Positions 13,047-25,479 are shown, numbered from the whole stretch's first letter. The stretch is 63,998 nt of DNA, filler included, from Octopus bimaculoides (GCF_001194135.2; 6 parts of 5 records of this genome joined end to end with filler, not necessarily neighbours in it), one strand, 5' to 3'. Numbers and translations are program-made. The notes: generated by a model not told the origin, from the sequence alone.

Positions 13047-13209
13047 GGTTAATTTTCAGGTTAACACCCGCACGATTTTCACTAGGGTGTTAGGGTTAGG
13101 GTTAGGGACGGAATTCCCTAACCGTAACCATAAAACCCTAGTCGTAACCCTAAACCGTAACCCTAACACCCTAGTGAAAATCGTGCGGGTGTTAATCTGA
13201 AAATTTACC
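13047..13209. mobile_element. MITE-like palindromic element with internal telomeric (TTAGGG) repeats
   Basis: 46-bp arms 13053-13098 and 13158-13203 are reverse complements with one mismatch. (TTAGGG)3 on the left faces CCCTAA-like units on the right. Confidence 0.7.
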
Positions 13210-13754
13210 GAAAAATATTGCAAAAACATCAATACATGGGAGATTTAAAACGGAGGGTTATCTTGGGATGTGCTAGAAACAACAGCCTAATCTTGCTTGA
13301 ATCGCATACCTTTTCCTCTGAAAATATTAAAAATTTTTTTTTTTTTTCTCGAAAAGGCTCCTCCCATAGTTTCTAAGTTTTAAAAAATTGGCCAAAATCG
13401 GTCCGGGGTGGGGGAGGGGTTTGACAAAAAATTTCAAAACTTGTTTTTCTATCCATTTTTCTGGAAGTTAGGAGACAACAAAGTCGGGGGCGGGGGAAGA
13501 GGTGCACCTCTGTAGTTATGTCAAATGTTGCTGCAAATACCTTTCACAATGTCTAGATTCTGATTATATCGGAATTTCATACGGTGCGGAGTGGGAGGAA
13601 GAAAAAGAAAATTGGTTGGTGCACACACACACTGACATACATCATATACGTCTACAAAATGAAACTTGACACCGATGAAATTGTGATGTATGTCAGTATG
13701 CATGTGTGGCCATCCACTCGTTCTTTTTGTTTCACATTAAATTTCCATAGAATT

Positions 13755-13915
13755 AGGCAGCGAGCTGGCAGAATCGTTAGCACACCGGGCAAAATGCTTA
13801 AGCGTTATTTCGTCTGTCTTTACGTTCTGAGTTCAAATGCCACCGAGGTCGACTTCGCCTCTCATCCTTCTGGGGATCGATAGATTAAGTACCAGTTACG
13901 CCCTGGGTAGATGAA
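13755..13915 (+). mobile_element. SINE family A copy
   Basis: AGGCAGCGAGCTGGCAGAATCGTTAGC...GAGTTCAAAT...GTCGACTTCGCCTCTCATCC. Confidence 0.85.
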
Positions 13916-14298
13916 ATAACTTGCGATGTACAATTTTTTGTTAAGAAGGCTAAGAGAAAAAGTTGTTTTATATGACACATTCTACCAGCATCCCAAGTTT
14001 GAAAGTGTTTCGTTAACACAACAAGTGGTGCCCGTCAAATCAGAAAGATCCAAATTAAGTACTGAGGTTGACACATTTGACTAAAACTTCTTCAAGGTGG
14101 TGCCCCAGCATGGCCACTATCTAATGACTGAAACAAGTAAAAGATAAAAGATATAATGACAGGTTGTTGTTGTTGAGAGGAAATTTCAGTGAAAGGGAGA
14201 GAGAGAGAGAGAGAGAGAGAAAGAATGAAAGATAGAAGTAGAATTTGTTTCAAGAAGAAAGACAGCTTTTTGTTGTTGACAGAGAAATAGTGTGTGTT

Positions 14299-14330
<32 letters not shown>

Positions 14331-14587
14331 CGAGAGAGTTTGTGTGTGGGGGTGTGTGAAAGATAAATAGATATTGTCACCATAGTAACTAATATAACTT
14401 TCCCTATATAAATGTCTATTATTAAAAGAAGGCATGTGCAAGATTAACAAACATATTTAATGGCAGTATAGACCTAGTAATTACTATTCATAGTTTAATC
14501 TGGAAAGACATTGCTTTGCATGCTTCCCAGATAGTGTACCCCGAATATGTCCGAGGGATTTCTTAACTTAAAAACATACATACATAC

Positions 14588-15929
14588 TCAAAGTAACAAG
14601 TCGTGTATTTGGCATGGGAGACTATTTATCGAAAATACAATGAATGCTATCTCCAACTTTGGAGCCACAACTAGCAGCCCTGTTAAATAACTGGTTAATC
14701 TTGATATGAATTGACTAAGGGAGTCTTTTGTTCACGATCGTACTGATTTTCGACTGAAACTTAAATTTAGCATACAGAGAGTTACTACAAACAACATGGC
14801 TGGACACAACATCAACAACAACACAATCGAGGAACAGAACGAAAACAACAGTTCAACAGGTAAACAATTTCTAGCTGTAGTTATAGAAGAATCTGTAACT
14901 ACAAAACTCATTTCTCTTGGAGTTATGAATTGAATAATGATCTGTGAAAATTAACACTTCCCTTCTCCAAGCTTAGATTCGAAACCGAATCAAAGAATTC
15001 TCGCTCGTCTGTCAAAAAATGATAAATCATCTCCCTTTGACCTACGACCTCAGCCATATCAGGCAAAGTTCAAATGGACAGGAGCTGATCTATTTAGACA
15101 CAATCTCTGCTGCAGTATGTCTGTCCTTCTAGCTGCCACAACTGTTATAAATACTGTGGTCAGCAGAGGGACAGTCAAAAAAGGCCTAGGATGCAGACTG
15201 AAAAAGAGAAAGGTTCGAATGAAGGGACATGGCAGACTACTTTCTCAGATGAACGACGCACACACAGACACAAACATATTCAGTTCTAACACATCACCTG
15301 CACAGATGTACCCTGTTTGTATTCCTCTCAACTCGGAGCAGTTGTAAACAAATACATGTAGTGAAGAATTATGAATACCAATAAATAATGCAAGTACAGT
15401 AAATAAATTAGTGAAACTGTAAATCGATGTCATTCTATTATTTTCTTCGAAGGCATCCACATGCCTGTCACTTCTGTTTACCCCAATACATACTTACACA
15501 CCCTTAACCACTACAGATCTATTTAACTGCTACAGAAAAGCAACACAAAACCCCACTGCTGGCTATATGTAACAACTGAAATCATATTGGGACAATCTGC
15601 ATCTAGAATTATGTAACACTGCCTAAATACTAATCTTGAAAAATTAGGCTTCTCAAAACCAGAAAGGAGAAAGCTCATTCGAAGACTGCAGATCCAATCC
15701 ATTACTGGAACTGTAAAAATCTGTAAAACTTTCCAGAAGTTTATCATTTAAATATATATGAGGATGTCTAGATATGCAACTATATGCATGAGAATACACA
15801 CAGACACACACACACACACACACACCCTGTTGTTGAAATTTCAGTGAAGGAGCCTTGAGCCTTGGATCTAGGTTAGAAACCGATTCATTCTCTACTGGCA
15901 AGAAATCTTGAAATAAAGTAAATAATGAT
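14588..15929 (+). mobile_element. Internally deleted non-LTR retrotransposon remnant, probably REL-endonuclease type (R2/R4/NeSL-like)
   Basis: 15618-15750 translates HCLNTNLEKLGFSKPERRKLIRRLQIQSITGTVKICKTFQKFII*, resembling the C-terminus of REL elements, followed by AATAAA (15912) and (TACA)n. Family assignment is recalled similarity; upstream frames are broken. Confidence 0.5.
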
Positions 15930-16205
15930 ATACATACATACATTCCTCACAACCCAGATATATGTGTCTGTGTATGTGTATATAAACATTCTAACACAAA
16001 TGTTTATATATATATTTCTACTCCAACACTACACGAGAAAATATAGCCATACACAAGTAAACAACTGTACCACAATGTGTGTGTTTTACATATTTAATAA
16101 TGTGGCATTTAGATAATTCCGACTTACTCTTGTTTGTTGTACTGTGCGTGTGTGTGTGTGTGTGTGCGCGCAACAGACAGAAACAATGAGATATAGTGGG
16201 AGAAC

Positions 16206-16236
<31 letters not shown>

Positions 16237-16913
16237 AAACATATGTCAATGTGATAACGTCTATGCTTTATATGAGAACTGAATCTGTTGGTGAGTACAG
16301 AGATAAAAGCAGACGGTAGATAAAACTGACGGCAGAGATAAATGTAAGGAGGAGTGTAATGCTAGCAGTAATGATAATGATGATAGAGTGGGTGGTGATA
16401 ATAGGAAGTTATCATGTAGAGCTTTCTAGTGAGGCAATCAACTATAAGTGAAACAGTCCACGGAAGACAATGCTTGGCTTGTCATTATCTAACACCAGGT
16501 TAACCATGATTAGCAGACCTATAATTAAAGGTACACCAGTTTTGACTACTCCATCTTTTTCTTATATATATACAGAATTCAGGACCTTAGTTTTCCAAAT
16601 ATAAATTGTGTGTGTGTGGTTTGAGGGAGAATGCTCATGCAGAAGCTCCCCCATTGGCTCTTAACATATGACATGAATGTTTGAGGTATCTGTCATTGCT
16701 GCATAGGATGGGGAAGTGAGTCAGAGAAAAGGAGAGAGAGAAAGACAGATAGACAGACAGTAGAGGAGGAGGAGAGGGAATAGAAAGGAGCAGATTTACA
16801 CTTACAGTTGAGGTTATAAATACAAAATATAAAAATACTGAAATGTTCTACAGGATTAACTATAGTAAGAAGAGATAAAAATAACACACACACCAAGAAT
16901 TTAAACAATATAT

Positions 16914-17013
16914 NNNNNNNNNNNNNNNNNNNNNNNNNNNNNNNNNNNNNNNNNNNNTTAATTAATTAANNNNNNNNNNNNNNNNNNNNNNNNNNNNNNN
17001 NNNNNNNNNNNNN
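16914..17013. other. Artificial scaffold linker N44-TTAATTAATTAA-N44
   Basis: Six-frame stop 12-mer at 16958-16969 between two runs of exactly 44 N; identical structure occurs five times. Confidence 0.97.
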
Positions 17014-17322
17014 ATATATAGACGTATATGTATAGATGTATATAGATATATATGTTTATATATGTCTATATGTATGTATATATGTGTGTGTATATGTATA
17101 TACATATGTATAAATATATGTATATATGTGTATATATATGTGTACATATATATGCATGTATATATATGTGTACATGTATATGTATGCATATATATGTGTA
17201 TATATATATAGAATTATATGTAATATGTACACATAAATATACACATATATACATATATTTATACATATATATATATATACATACATATATACATACATAT
17301 ATACACATGCATGCATATATAT

Positions 17323-17357
<35 letters not shown>

Positions 17358-17519
17358 GAAACAGTTAGGGAGGTGACTGAAACCATGCTCTCACACAAGT
17401 TTCTCCAGATTTCCACACACAACCAAAATTAAAAGCTCAAAGTACCTCAAGTAATTCCCTCAAAGCTATGCTGTAGGAATTCAGACAAAAAAAAAAATAG
17501 AAAGAAAAAAAAACTACTA

Positions 17520-17730
17520 CATTTGGAAGAAATCACTCTACAGTGCTTGTGCCATGTAAAAAAAGCACTCAGTCCACACTCTGCTGGGTGGTCGGTGTTA
17601 GGAAGGACATCCAGCTGTAAAAATCCTGCCGAAACAGGCACACATGTTTGCTTCAGGCTTCTGCCTGGCCAGATCAGGTCAAACCATTCCAGCATGGAAG
17701 ACAGACATTAAACGATGATGATTATGATGA
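17520..17730 (+). mobile_element. RTE-LINE 3' end fragment with (ATG)n tail
   Basis: Reverse-complement similarity to 29415-29640 and 39705-39944 (GGAAGGACATCCAGCTGTAAAA; tail TAAACGATGATGA). Confidence 0.6.
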
Positions 17731-17739
17731 GTATATCTC

Positions 17740-18900
17740 CATCTCCAAAAGAGTAGCCTCTCTGGCATTGCCAATTATTACTCAATCACATTGACTTCCG
17801 GTATCTTAAAATGATAGAGAGACAGCCACTAGTAAAAAAATTCTCAACATCTTGAATCTCTCTTTCACCTCAATGGCTACATGTATGGTGTTTTGCAAAG
17901 TCAGACCAACCGGAGACCTGCTTTATATATCACTCACCAATAGGCTCTCACCATCAATAAATTTGGTGACAGCTCTCAGCATCAGCAAAGCCTTGCTGCT
18001 CTCTGCATAAGCAAAGCTTTAAGCCATGTCAATTAAAAGAATTTCTTTTTATGGATTTTCTTCATCTCTCAACTGCTGGATCGTTAGTTTCTTGTGTCAT
18101 CACAGTATTGCAGCATGCTGATCTAATACTATCTGATCCACATGCTTTCAACTCTGCTACTCCGCAGGGTTTGGTTTTATCTACTGGGCTCTTTTTTTCT
18201 GTTTATTTACTTGCTGTCACTTTAACAACACCTACTGCTATTCAAATGATATCACCCTTTATATCTTCCTAATCTTATGCACCTAAGACACCTCAACTCA
18301 AATCTGCAATATCTCCATGAAAAGACTCCTCCAAAATGTCCTCCAATGATCATGCCAATCTTGTTTCTTTCAACAGCAAAATGACAAAATCATTGCTCAT
18401 ATCAAGAAAACATTATCACACCCTCACCCAAACATAAATAGTATACAACTAGAACACTCTTGATTACATCAAATATTAGGTCTCAAAATCACTGGAAGAT
18501 CTTTCCTAACCAATGCACATTTTCAACAAGCAAAGACGGCATCACATGGGTATCCCCCAACAAACTACTCACCACCTATAAAGCTCATGTGAGATCCACA
18601 ATGGAGTACTACCCTCACATCTGGTATGATGCTACTCCTGCACACACAGATATCATAGATCATGCACAAAGTTACTTGACTTTTTAGCATGAAAATGGTC
18701 ACAAATACACTCCAAACTTTAGTGACAGAGGTAGTCTTCTCTCTCTACCACTAATACAGAGGTATCTACTCCTCAAACTCAGCTGGTCTCATGACACCGC
18801 TATTCAGGTACTCCTGAATCACTTTTGCTTATTGTATTGTGGTGTTCCATGAGATCTTGTACCAACCACTACACCTAGTCTTTCCTCTGTAGATTGTTAG
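17740..18900 (+). mobile_element. Degenerate CR1/L2-like LINE (endonuclease remnant plus RT C-terminus)
   Basis: 18570-18680 translates TYKAHVRSTMEYYPHIWYDATPAHTDIIDHAQ, matching the YKxxIRPxMEYxxxIW motif after the RT domain of CR1/Jockey-group LINEs. Stops and deletions elsewhere. Confidence 0.6.
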
Positions 18901-19407
18901 TCCTCAGGATATCGCTCTCTGCATGTTTTCCTTGCAATCATGGACAACTACTCAAGAAAAATGTTAATGACATCACTCTCATTAATCCCTTTCTCAAGAC
19001 AAAAAACAAGATGTTAAACGATAATGATGATGATGATAATGATGTATATATGATTAAAACATTTATGATTGTGTACAGAATAGTATATTGGTAATAATAA
19101 TAAGGTTAGTCAGAAGAAATGAAGGAATTACTTCTCAGTTTATCTATATACTATAAGTCTTCAAATGTTCCAAGAGAATGAAATTAAATGGAATGAAATA
19201 AAATAAAAATTATATTCAAGGATTTTTCATCTAGTGCTTGAGAATTGCAGTAGACTGTAACTAAGTAAATATGTCACTTCATTTTATTTTAATTTATTCC
19301 ATTTCATTTCCTTGGGGAAAATCTGAAGAGTTCCTGTATCTGTATATTAAAAAAAAACTCAGAAACAACCTTTTCTATTCTTCTGCATGCTGTGTGCATG
19401 CATGCAT

Positions 19408-19442
<35 letters not shown>

Positions 19443-19446
19443 CTCA

Positions 19447-19482
<36 letters not shown>

Positions 19483-19552
19483 CNNNNNNNNNNAAACACA
19501 CACACAAACACACACACACACACACACACATACACACACACACATATACACT
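19408..19552. repeat. (GCAC)n / (AC)n compound microsatellite with 10-N gap
   Basis: Direct reading. Confidence 0.95.
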
Positions 19553-19765
19553 ACAAACAGTTTTATTAAGCTAGTGTTTGAAACAAAATTTTACAAAAGT
19601 TTATTACATGAAATAAGAATATCTAATTCAAGTATGAACTCTTTCAAACAAGAGTTTTGCATCATAAGACTAAAGTTCACAGACAGGTACATAACAAAGG
19701 TACAAGCATAAGCAATGATTTCTAAGATCAAAAATAATCATAAAAAATAATGTATTTGTACAAAC

Positions 19766-19903
19766 TTAAAATCATTAATAGCTTCATCGTAAATGATATT
19801 GAGGCCTTGTTGATCACGAACATATATTCTCTCATTGTCAATTTCATAAAAATCATCATGGTTTTCAATTCCAGAGTATTCAATAAAATCTGTCTCTGAA
19901 ATC
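19766..19903 (-). CDS. CCDC162: CCDC162-like gene, exon G (last visible): ISETDFIEYSGIENHDDFYEIDNERIYVRDQQGLNIIYDEAINDF
   Basis: cttttcag|G acceptor, AA|gtttgt donor, 138 nt, phase 2-2; joins exon F in frame (AA+G = Lys). Gene name from recalled similarity (ENHDDFY...DQxGxxIxYDxA), not from a search. Confidence 0.8.
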
Positions 19904-20594
19904 CTGAAAAGATATGGAATCAAAATGTATTTCTAATACAATGTACAAGAACATGAAAGGAAAACAAGTTGTTTTTAAGTGCATGTAGATACATTTGCAT
20001 AAAACTATTTGCATATATTAAAGTTTATGTATGCACAAACAGTGACAAATAAAGTTTTGTATTTGTAGCTTAGTGATTTAAGGCTTATTGTCTCCAGTGC
20101 TGTTACAGGTACATTACTATAGTGAGAAAAGAGACAATACATATATGCTTCTGGTAACAAGAAAGAAATATTATGCTTAGTAGGTATACTAAGGCGGTTT
20201 TTCATTCTCTAAGGTTTACATGAGGATTTGAGCTCAGTTGTACAAAATTAATAAAACATTCATTAGTTATGCAATGCTGCATCATCTTAGAACAGACACA
20301 TCTCAGTATACTACTTAGAACTAAATACACTGAGTTACAAATAGTTTAGTGCAGTTAAGAATACAGTGCAGCACTGGTGGAGAAGTTCTAAGTATTGACT
20401 TTTTAACTGAAAACCAAGAAGGAATGGCAGGTATCCTGCAAGCAAAAGATACATGTTTGCACCTAAACAATGGTCCTGCTCTTTTTCTCTTTCAAATTAT
20501 GGTTTACAATGTCTGAATATCAGTTACATTAAAATCTTTGTAGATAACTTAATAATTCAACATGTCTAAAGAAATAGCAATAGGTCCAACTCAC

Positions 20595-20696
20595 TTAAAA
20601 TCAGCAGGTGTGTTGTGAAAATAACCATGGCTATCAAGTCCTCCCCCACCTCCCATTGTTCCATCTGCTGTTGTCAAAATCCGATGGTTCTGTGCA
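20595..20696 (-). CDS. CCDC162: CCDC162-like gene, exon F: AQNHRILTTADGTMGGGGGLDSHGYFHNTPADF
   Basis: ttttcaatttcag|T acceptor, AA|gtgagt donor, 102 nt, phase 2-2; TG+T = Cys across the junction with exon E. Confidence 0.85.
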
Positions 20697-20799
20697 CTGA
20701 AATTGAAAATCAAAGTTCATAACATCCTTGTTTTTTTATAAAAGTAAACAAATTTATATGGACTTTCTTAATGACAAAAACATTAACAACAGTTATAAT

Positions 20800-21017
20800 T
20801 ATTGATTTCAAATTTTAGCACAAGGCCAGCAATATCAAGGGAGTGGGTAAGTCAATTACATTGATCCCAGTACTCAACAGGTGCTTATTTTATTGACTCT
20901 GAAAAGATGAAAGGCAAAGTCGACCTCAGCAGAATCTGAACTCAAAATGTTAACACAGACGAAATGCTGCTAGGCATTTTGCCTGGCATGCTAGCAATTC
21001 TGCCAGCTTGCTGCCTT
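20800..21017 (-). mobile_element. SINE family A copy
   Basis: GAAAGGCAAAGTCGACCTCAGCAGAATCTGAACTC core in reverse orientation. Confidence 0.8.
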
Positions 21018-21404
21018 AATAACAGTTATCTTTATTGAGAATGAAAGTAAACTGTATGCATATAATCAGTTTATTTCCTCATGCATGTGTGTGTGAGTGT
21101 ATAAAGGTAAGGTGTGTGCAATGATCCAAAGATATCAAGTATGAGATTGGTGGTAATTAGGGAGGACATTAGAGTATCAAGCAGAATGCCCACAGTATTT
21201 AGTTTTAGTTTTCTATGTTCTGAGATCAAATTCTACCAGGATCAGCTTTGCCTTTCATCCAGCTGAATTCAATAAAATACTAAGACCAATTTAATAAAAC
21301 AAATTAGATGTCAATGGAATTATAATAGAAGATTAAGACTAAGACTTCATAAATGTGATAACGGTGATAAACAAAGTCTGTGTTTTATAAATCTAGTCTA
21401 ACAT

Positions 21405-21620
21405 AATCCTTTTTTCTACAGGCACAAGGCATGAAATTTTGGGAGAAGGGGGTTAGTCGATTACATCAACCATAGTGCGCAACCGGGTACTTATTTCATT
21501 GACTTCAAAAGGATGAAAGGCAAAATTGACTTCAGCAGAATTTGAATTAAAATGTGAAGACAGACAAAATGTTTAACAGCATTTTGTTCTGCATGCCAGT
21601 GATTTTGCAAGCTCACCCCC
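21405..21620 (-). mobile_element. SINE family A copy (diverged)
   Basis: AGGATGAAAGGCAAAATTGACTTCAGCAGAATTTGAA core in reverse orientation. Confidence 0.75.
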
Positions 21621-22424
21621 TTATTCCAGTTTAAAATAATGAAAACAGAAAATTAACAAAGATTCTGGAATGTTATAATTTTTTTGTTACATGCAATTTG
21701 ATATTTGAGCCCAAAGAATGGTACCACATGTCAGTTATACTTTGACAAAAAGCAAAAAAGTTACAAGAGGAATTTGTGCATTTAGCTTCTGAAAAACTTA
21801 TGTTGCATCATCATAATTGTCAACATTATTATTGCTGCCGCCCTTACAAACTTCCACTTTAAAGAAAACTCCTCTGATGGATTTTGAGATGTTGTCTTTG
21901 TGAGGCAAAGTTCAGATCAAAACATTTGCATCACTAGCAGATAATTCTTAAAAGAAATGAATCACAACATCTTTGCTAAAAAGCCCATAAAAGAGCTGAG
22001 AGAGAAACAAGACATAGGGCTTTGGTTATACCCAAATTATACAAGAATTTGGGCCTTTTTATAAGAATGGAGTTTATGAGTATTAATAATTCACTTAGTT
22101 TTAATGTAGATATTTAACAGAATTTTCACTTTAGCACATGATTGAGGAGTGAAAAAAGCATGTCCACTTTGCCATATTAATAAACATTATATAAACATTG
22201 TCACATTAAAAATATTCAACATTTTAAGAGGCAGTTCAATAATTAGTCATCTTCTTATTTAGCTGTTTAGTGAGAGTAGTCACTAATTTATAGTGTGAAA
22301 GTTGGTGAAAAGTTACCACATTAGTGAAAGTGTTCATAGAGAGGTCCAGTGAACTTTTGAGAAGTATGTGTAATGAAAATATCAGAAGGTATTTTTATAC
22401 AAAATAATTTAATTTATTAAAGGA

Positions 22425-23841
22425 CTAGCAGAAATACCCGGCTTTGCCTGGGTTAAAGAGAATAATGAAATCTAAAAACGCTGTCTAGACTACACAACCC
22501 TCAACTGTTAGTAGCTACGATACCATATTTCTACATTAATAACTCTCCAATCCATGCCAGCATGGAACATAGACATTAAGTGGAATGCCAGTCTCTCATC
22601 TAGGAGGGTCTTGAAATCAATGTTACCAACTGGGGACTATGTGTGTCGCAGTGATAATAAAAAGACCCAAAGGAGGTCTGCAACGAAATAATTTTACTCA
22701 ACACTTTGCAAGTGAATCAGTGGCGGCAAAGATGCGTCTCATTTACTTGACNNNNNNNNNNNNNNNNNNNNNNNNNNNNNNNNNNNNNNNNNNNNNNNNN
22801 NNNNNNNNNNNNNNNNNNNNNNNNNNNNNNNNNNNNNNNNNNNNNNNNNNNNNNNNNNNNNNNNNNNNNNNNNNNNNNNNNNNNNNNNNNNNNNNNNNNN
22901 NNNNNNNNNNNNNNNNNNNNNNNNNNNNNNNNNNNNNNNNNNNNNNNNNNNNNNNNNNNNNNNNNNNNNNNNNNNNNNNNNNNNNNNNNNNNNNNNNNNN
23001 NNNNNNNNNNNNNNNNNNNNNNNNNNNNNNNNNNNNNNNNNNNNNNNNNNNNNNNNNNNNNNNNNNNNNNNNNNNNNNNNNNNNNNNNNNNNNNNNNNNN
23101 NNNNNNNNNNNNNNNNNNNNNNNNNNNNNNNNNNNNNNNNNNNNNNNNNNNNNNNNNNNNNNNNNNNNNNNNNNNNNNNNNNNNNNNNNNNNNNNNNNNN
23201 NNNNNNNNNNNNNNNNNNNNNNNNNNNNNNNNNNNNNNNNNNNNNNNNNNNNNNNNNNNNNNNNNNNNNNNNNNNNNNNNNNNNNNNNNNNNNNNNNNNN
23301 NNNNNNNNNNNNNNNNNNNNNNNNNNNNNNNNNNNNNNNNNNNNNNNNNNNNNNNNNNNNNNNNNNNNNNNNNNNNNNNNNNNNNNNNNNNNNNNNNNNN
23401 NNNNNNNNNNNNNNNNNNNNNNNNNNNNNNNNNNNNNNNNNNNNNNNNNNNNNNNNNNNNNNNNNNNNNNNNNNNNNNNNNNNNNNNNNNNNNNNNNNNN
23501 NNNNNNNNNNNNNNNNCTGAAAGTATCTGTCATTACAGTATCAAAATGTGATTGTTTCAGTTAGTAGAATAGTTTCATTTTTAAAGTGAAAGTATTTGAC
23601 ATGAGTGTTTTTGTTTCACTTTTGACACGTAATACTTAAATAGTGGAGGAAATATTATGTTGCCGTGGGCTCGAACTCTGCAAGAAGTTAAAATTTTTTT
23701 TGACTAAAACACAACTGGAACCCTAAGTAAGGCATCTGTAAAATTTGAATGAAATTGGTTGCGTAGTTCTCGAGTTTTAGGGATTCACACAGACAGACAG
23801 ACAGACAGACAGACACACATTCTCATTTTTATATATATAGA
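22425..23841 (-). mobile_element. Non-autonomous Helitron with both termini (interior partly N)
   Basis: Minus strand begins A|TCTATATATATAAAAATGAGAATGTGTGTCTGTCTG at 23841. It ends CCCAGGCAAAGCCGGGTATTTCTGCTAG|T at 22425. 5' TC, subterminal hairpin, 3' CTAG and AT target are canonical Helitron hallmarks. Confidence 0.8.
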
Positions 23842-24445
23842 TAACGAGAGCTGACAAGTAATATGAGCATAGCAGGTGTGTGTGCATGAGTCAGAGAAAG
23901 GTTTATAACTCACATTTAAAAAATGGATTCAGTTGGAAGTCGTTATAAGCTAACAGAAATGGAGCCAGTGTCAATGGAAACATACTGCTCATAATATGGC
24001 AGAGTTGTGACTGATGTTATCCAGAATTTCATGGAGTGAAGTTGGCATAAATTAAATACGCTCTTCATGATGTGACAACTTGAGTGAGAGCTGATAAAAT
24101 TCAGAGCTAGTGGCATGATGTTAGTGTGAAAAACAAAGAGGCTATTCCCATGCTGAAGAAAAGATGTTGCTTGTCTGCTGTCTTCCCGCTAACTAGTTAA
24201 AATGTGTGTTTCTCTTCTTAGGCAGAGAATTGCTTTTGATATTAATACACACCCAGCCCTGATTGGTTGGAGTTGCCATAGCACAACTGTGCTATGATGC
24301 AACAACAAAAAAGCTTCCCTGACATACTATAGCTGCAACTAATATAGCAAGAGAATGCTCTAGACTTTTTAAAAAATTATTCAGCATTTTAAGTCCCTCA
24401 TAGGATATGTCAAAAACATTTCTATCTTATTAATAAAATGTGCCT

Positions 24446-24665
24446 AAGGCAGAGAGCAGGCAGAATAGTTAGCATGCTGGACAAAATGCTAAGTGGCATT
24501 TCATCCATCTTTATGTTCTGAGTTCAAATTCCATCAAGGTTGATTTTGCCTTTTATCCTTTCAGGGTCAATAAAATAAGTACCGGCTGAACACTGGGGTC
24601 AGTGTGATCAACTTACCCCCCCCCACCACCAGATTTGATGGCCTTGTGCTATAATTTGAAACCAT
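24446..24665 (+). mobile_element. SINE family A copy
   Basis: GGCAGAATAGTTAGCATGCTGGACAAAATGC...GAGTTCAAATTCC...TTTTGCCTTTTATCCTTTCAGGGTCAAT. Confidence 0.8.
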
Positions 24666-24990
24666 TAATATAATACACCCTTTCTTTTTTATAGTTCTTT
24701 TACAGTTCACTTTCTGTGCTATGTATGTATTTTTGGCTATCATTGCTGTCTTTCTTTATTTGATTTATTGCTGCTTTTTCTGTCCCCCTCTTTTACCCTT
24801 TTCCAATGAGTTGTAGTGAACCTGAGTACTGTATACAATAAGATCATCACTATTATATGAAACAGAAAGCTGAATGAAGAAGCCAAATTTCCTTCTACTG
24901 CTCTAAAAGCTCTTAAGTTTTATTCATTTAACTCTATCAATATTCATAAATAATATCCTTAAAAAAGATAAAATGTTACCAAGTTCTCAC

Positions 24991-25088
24991 CAGCTTTTTG
25001 TCAGTTTCCCCTGTTTTAAAGTCAATCCTTCATCATTGATAGTTAGAGTTCGTTGTATAGATCTCAGGTAGTTAAGAGTATATAAACA
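24991..25088 (-). CDS. CCDC162: CCDC162-like gene, exon E: CLYTLNYLRSIQRTLTINDEGLTLKQGKLTKS
   Basis: aaattttag|TGT acceptor, TG|gtgaga donor, 98 nt, phase 0-2. LNYxRSIxRTLTIN recalled as a conserved CCDC162 motif. Confidence 0.85.
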
Positions 25089-25440
25089 CTAAAATTTATA
25101 AATGAAGGAGTTTAGAACATGAAAAAAAGTGTATAACCAATTATAAATAATATATATTATTCCAACAAAGAGGCTGGTGATAGGCAGGGCATCCTGCCAT
25201 AGAAACCAAGCCAGAAAGACATTGGACCATGACATGTCCTCTAACCTATCGGATCCTATCAAGTCATCAAACCCACGCCAGCATGGCGTATGGGTGGTAG
25301 TGGTGGTGGTGGTGGTGATGGTGATGGTGATGATGATGATGAGGAGGAGGAGGAATGAAAAAGTAAACTAAGATAATACTGTTCAGAACAAACAATCTAC
25401 CAGAGCTGTGACTCACAATATTCAAATTACATTTTTACTT

Positions 25441-25478
<38 letters not shown>

Positions 25479-25479
<1 letters not shown>

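Larger units (their letters stand above)
11957..13507. mobile_element. Non-autonomous DNA element with long imperfect inverted arms, carrying nested insertions
   Basis: 11970-12010 (CCGACTTTGTTGTTTCATAACTTCAGGAAAAATGGATA) is the diverged reverse complement of 13449-13487 (TATCCATTTTTCTGGAAGTTAGGAGACAACAAAGTCGG). 12345-12452 is the diverged reverse complement of 13350-13443. Superfamily not assignable. Confidence 0.6.

Noticed and set aside
13480-13489. AAAGTCGGGG in the inverted-arm element matches the minisatellite core, suggesting a TE origin of the satellite
   Set aside because: Only a 10-bp match with no flanking similarity; compatible with chance.
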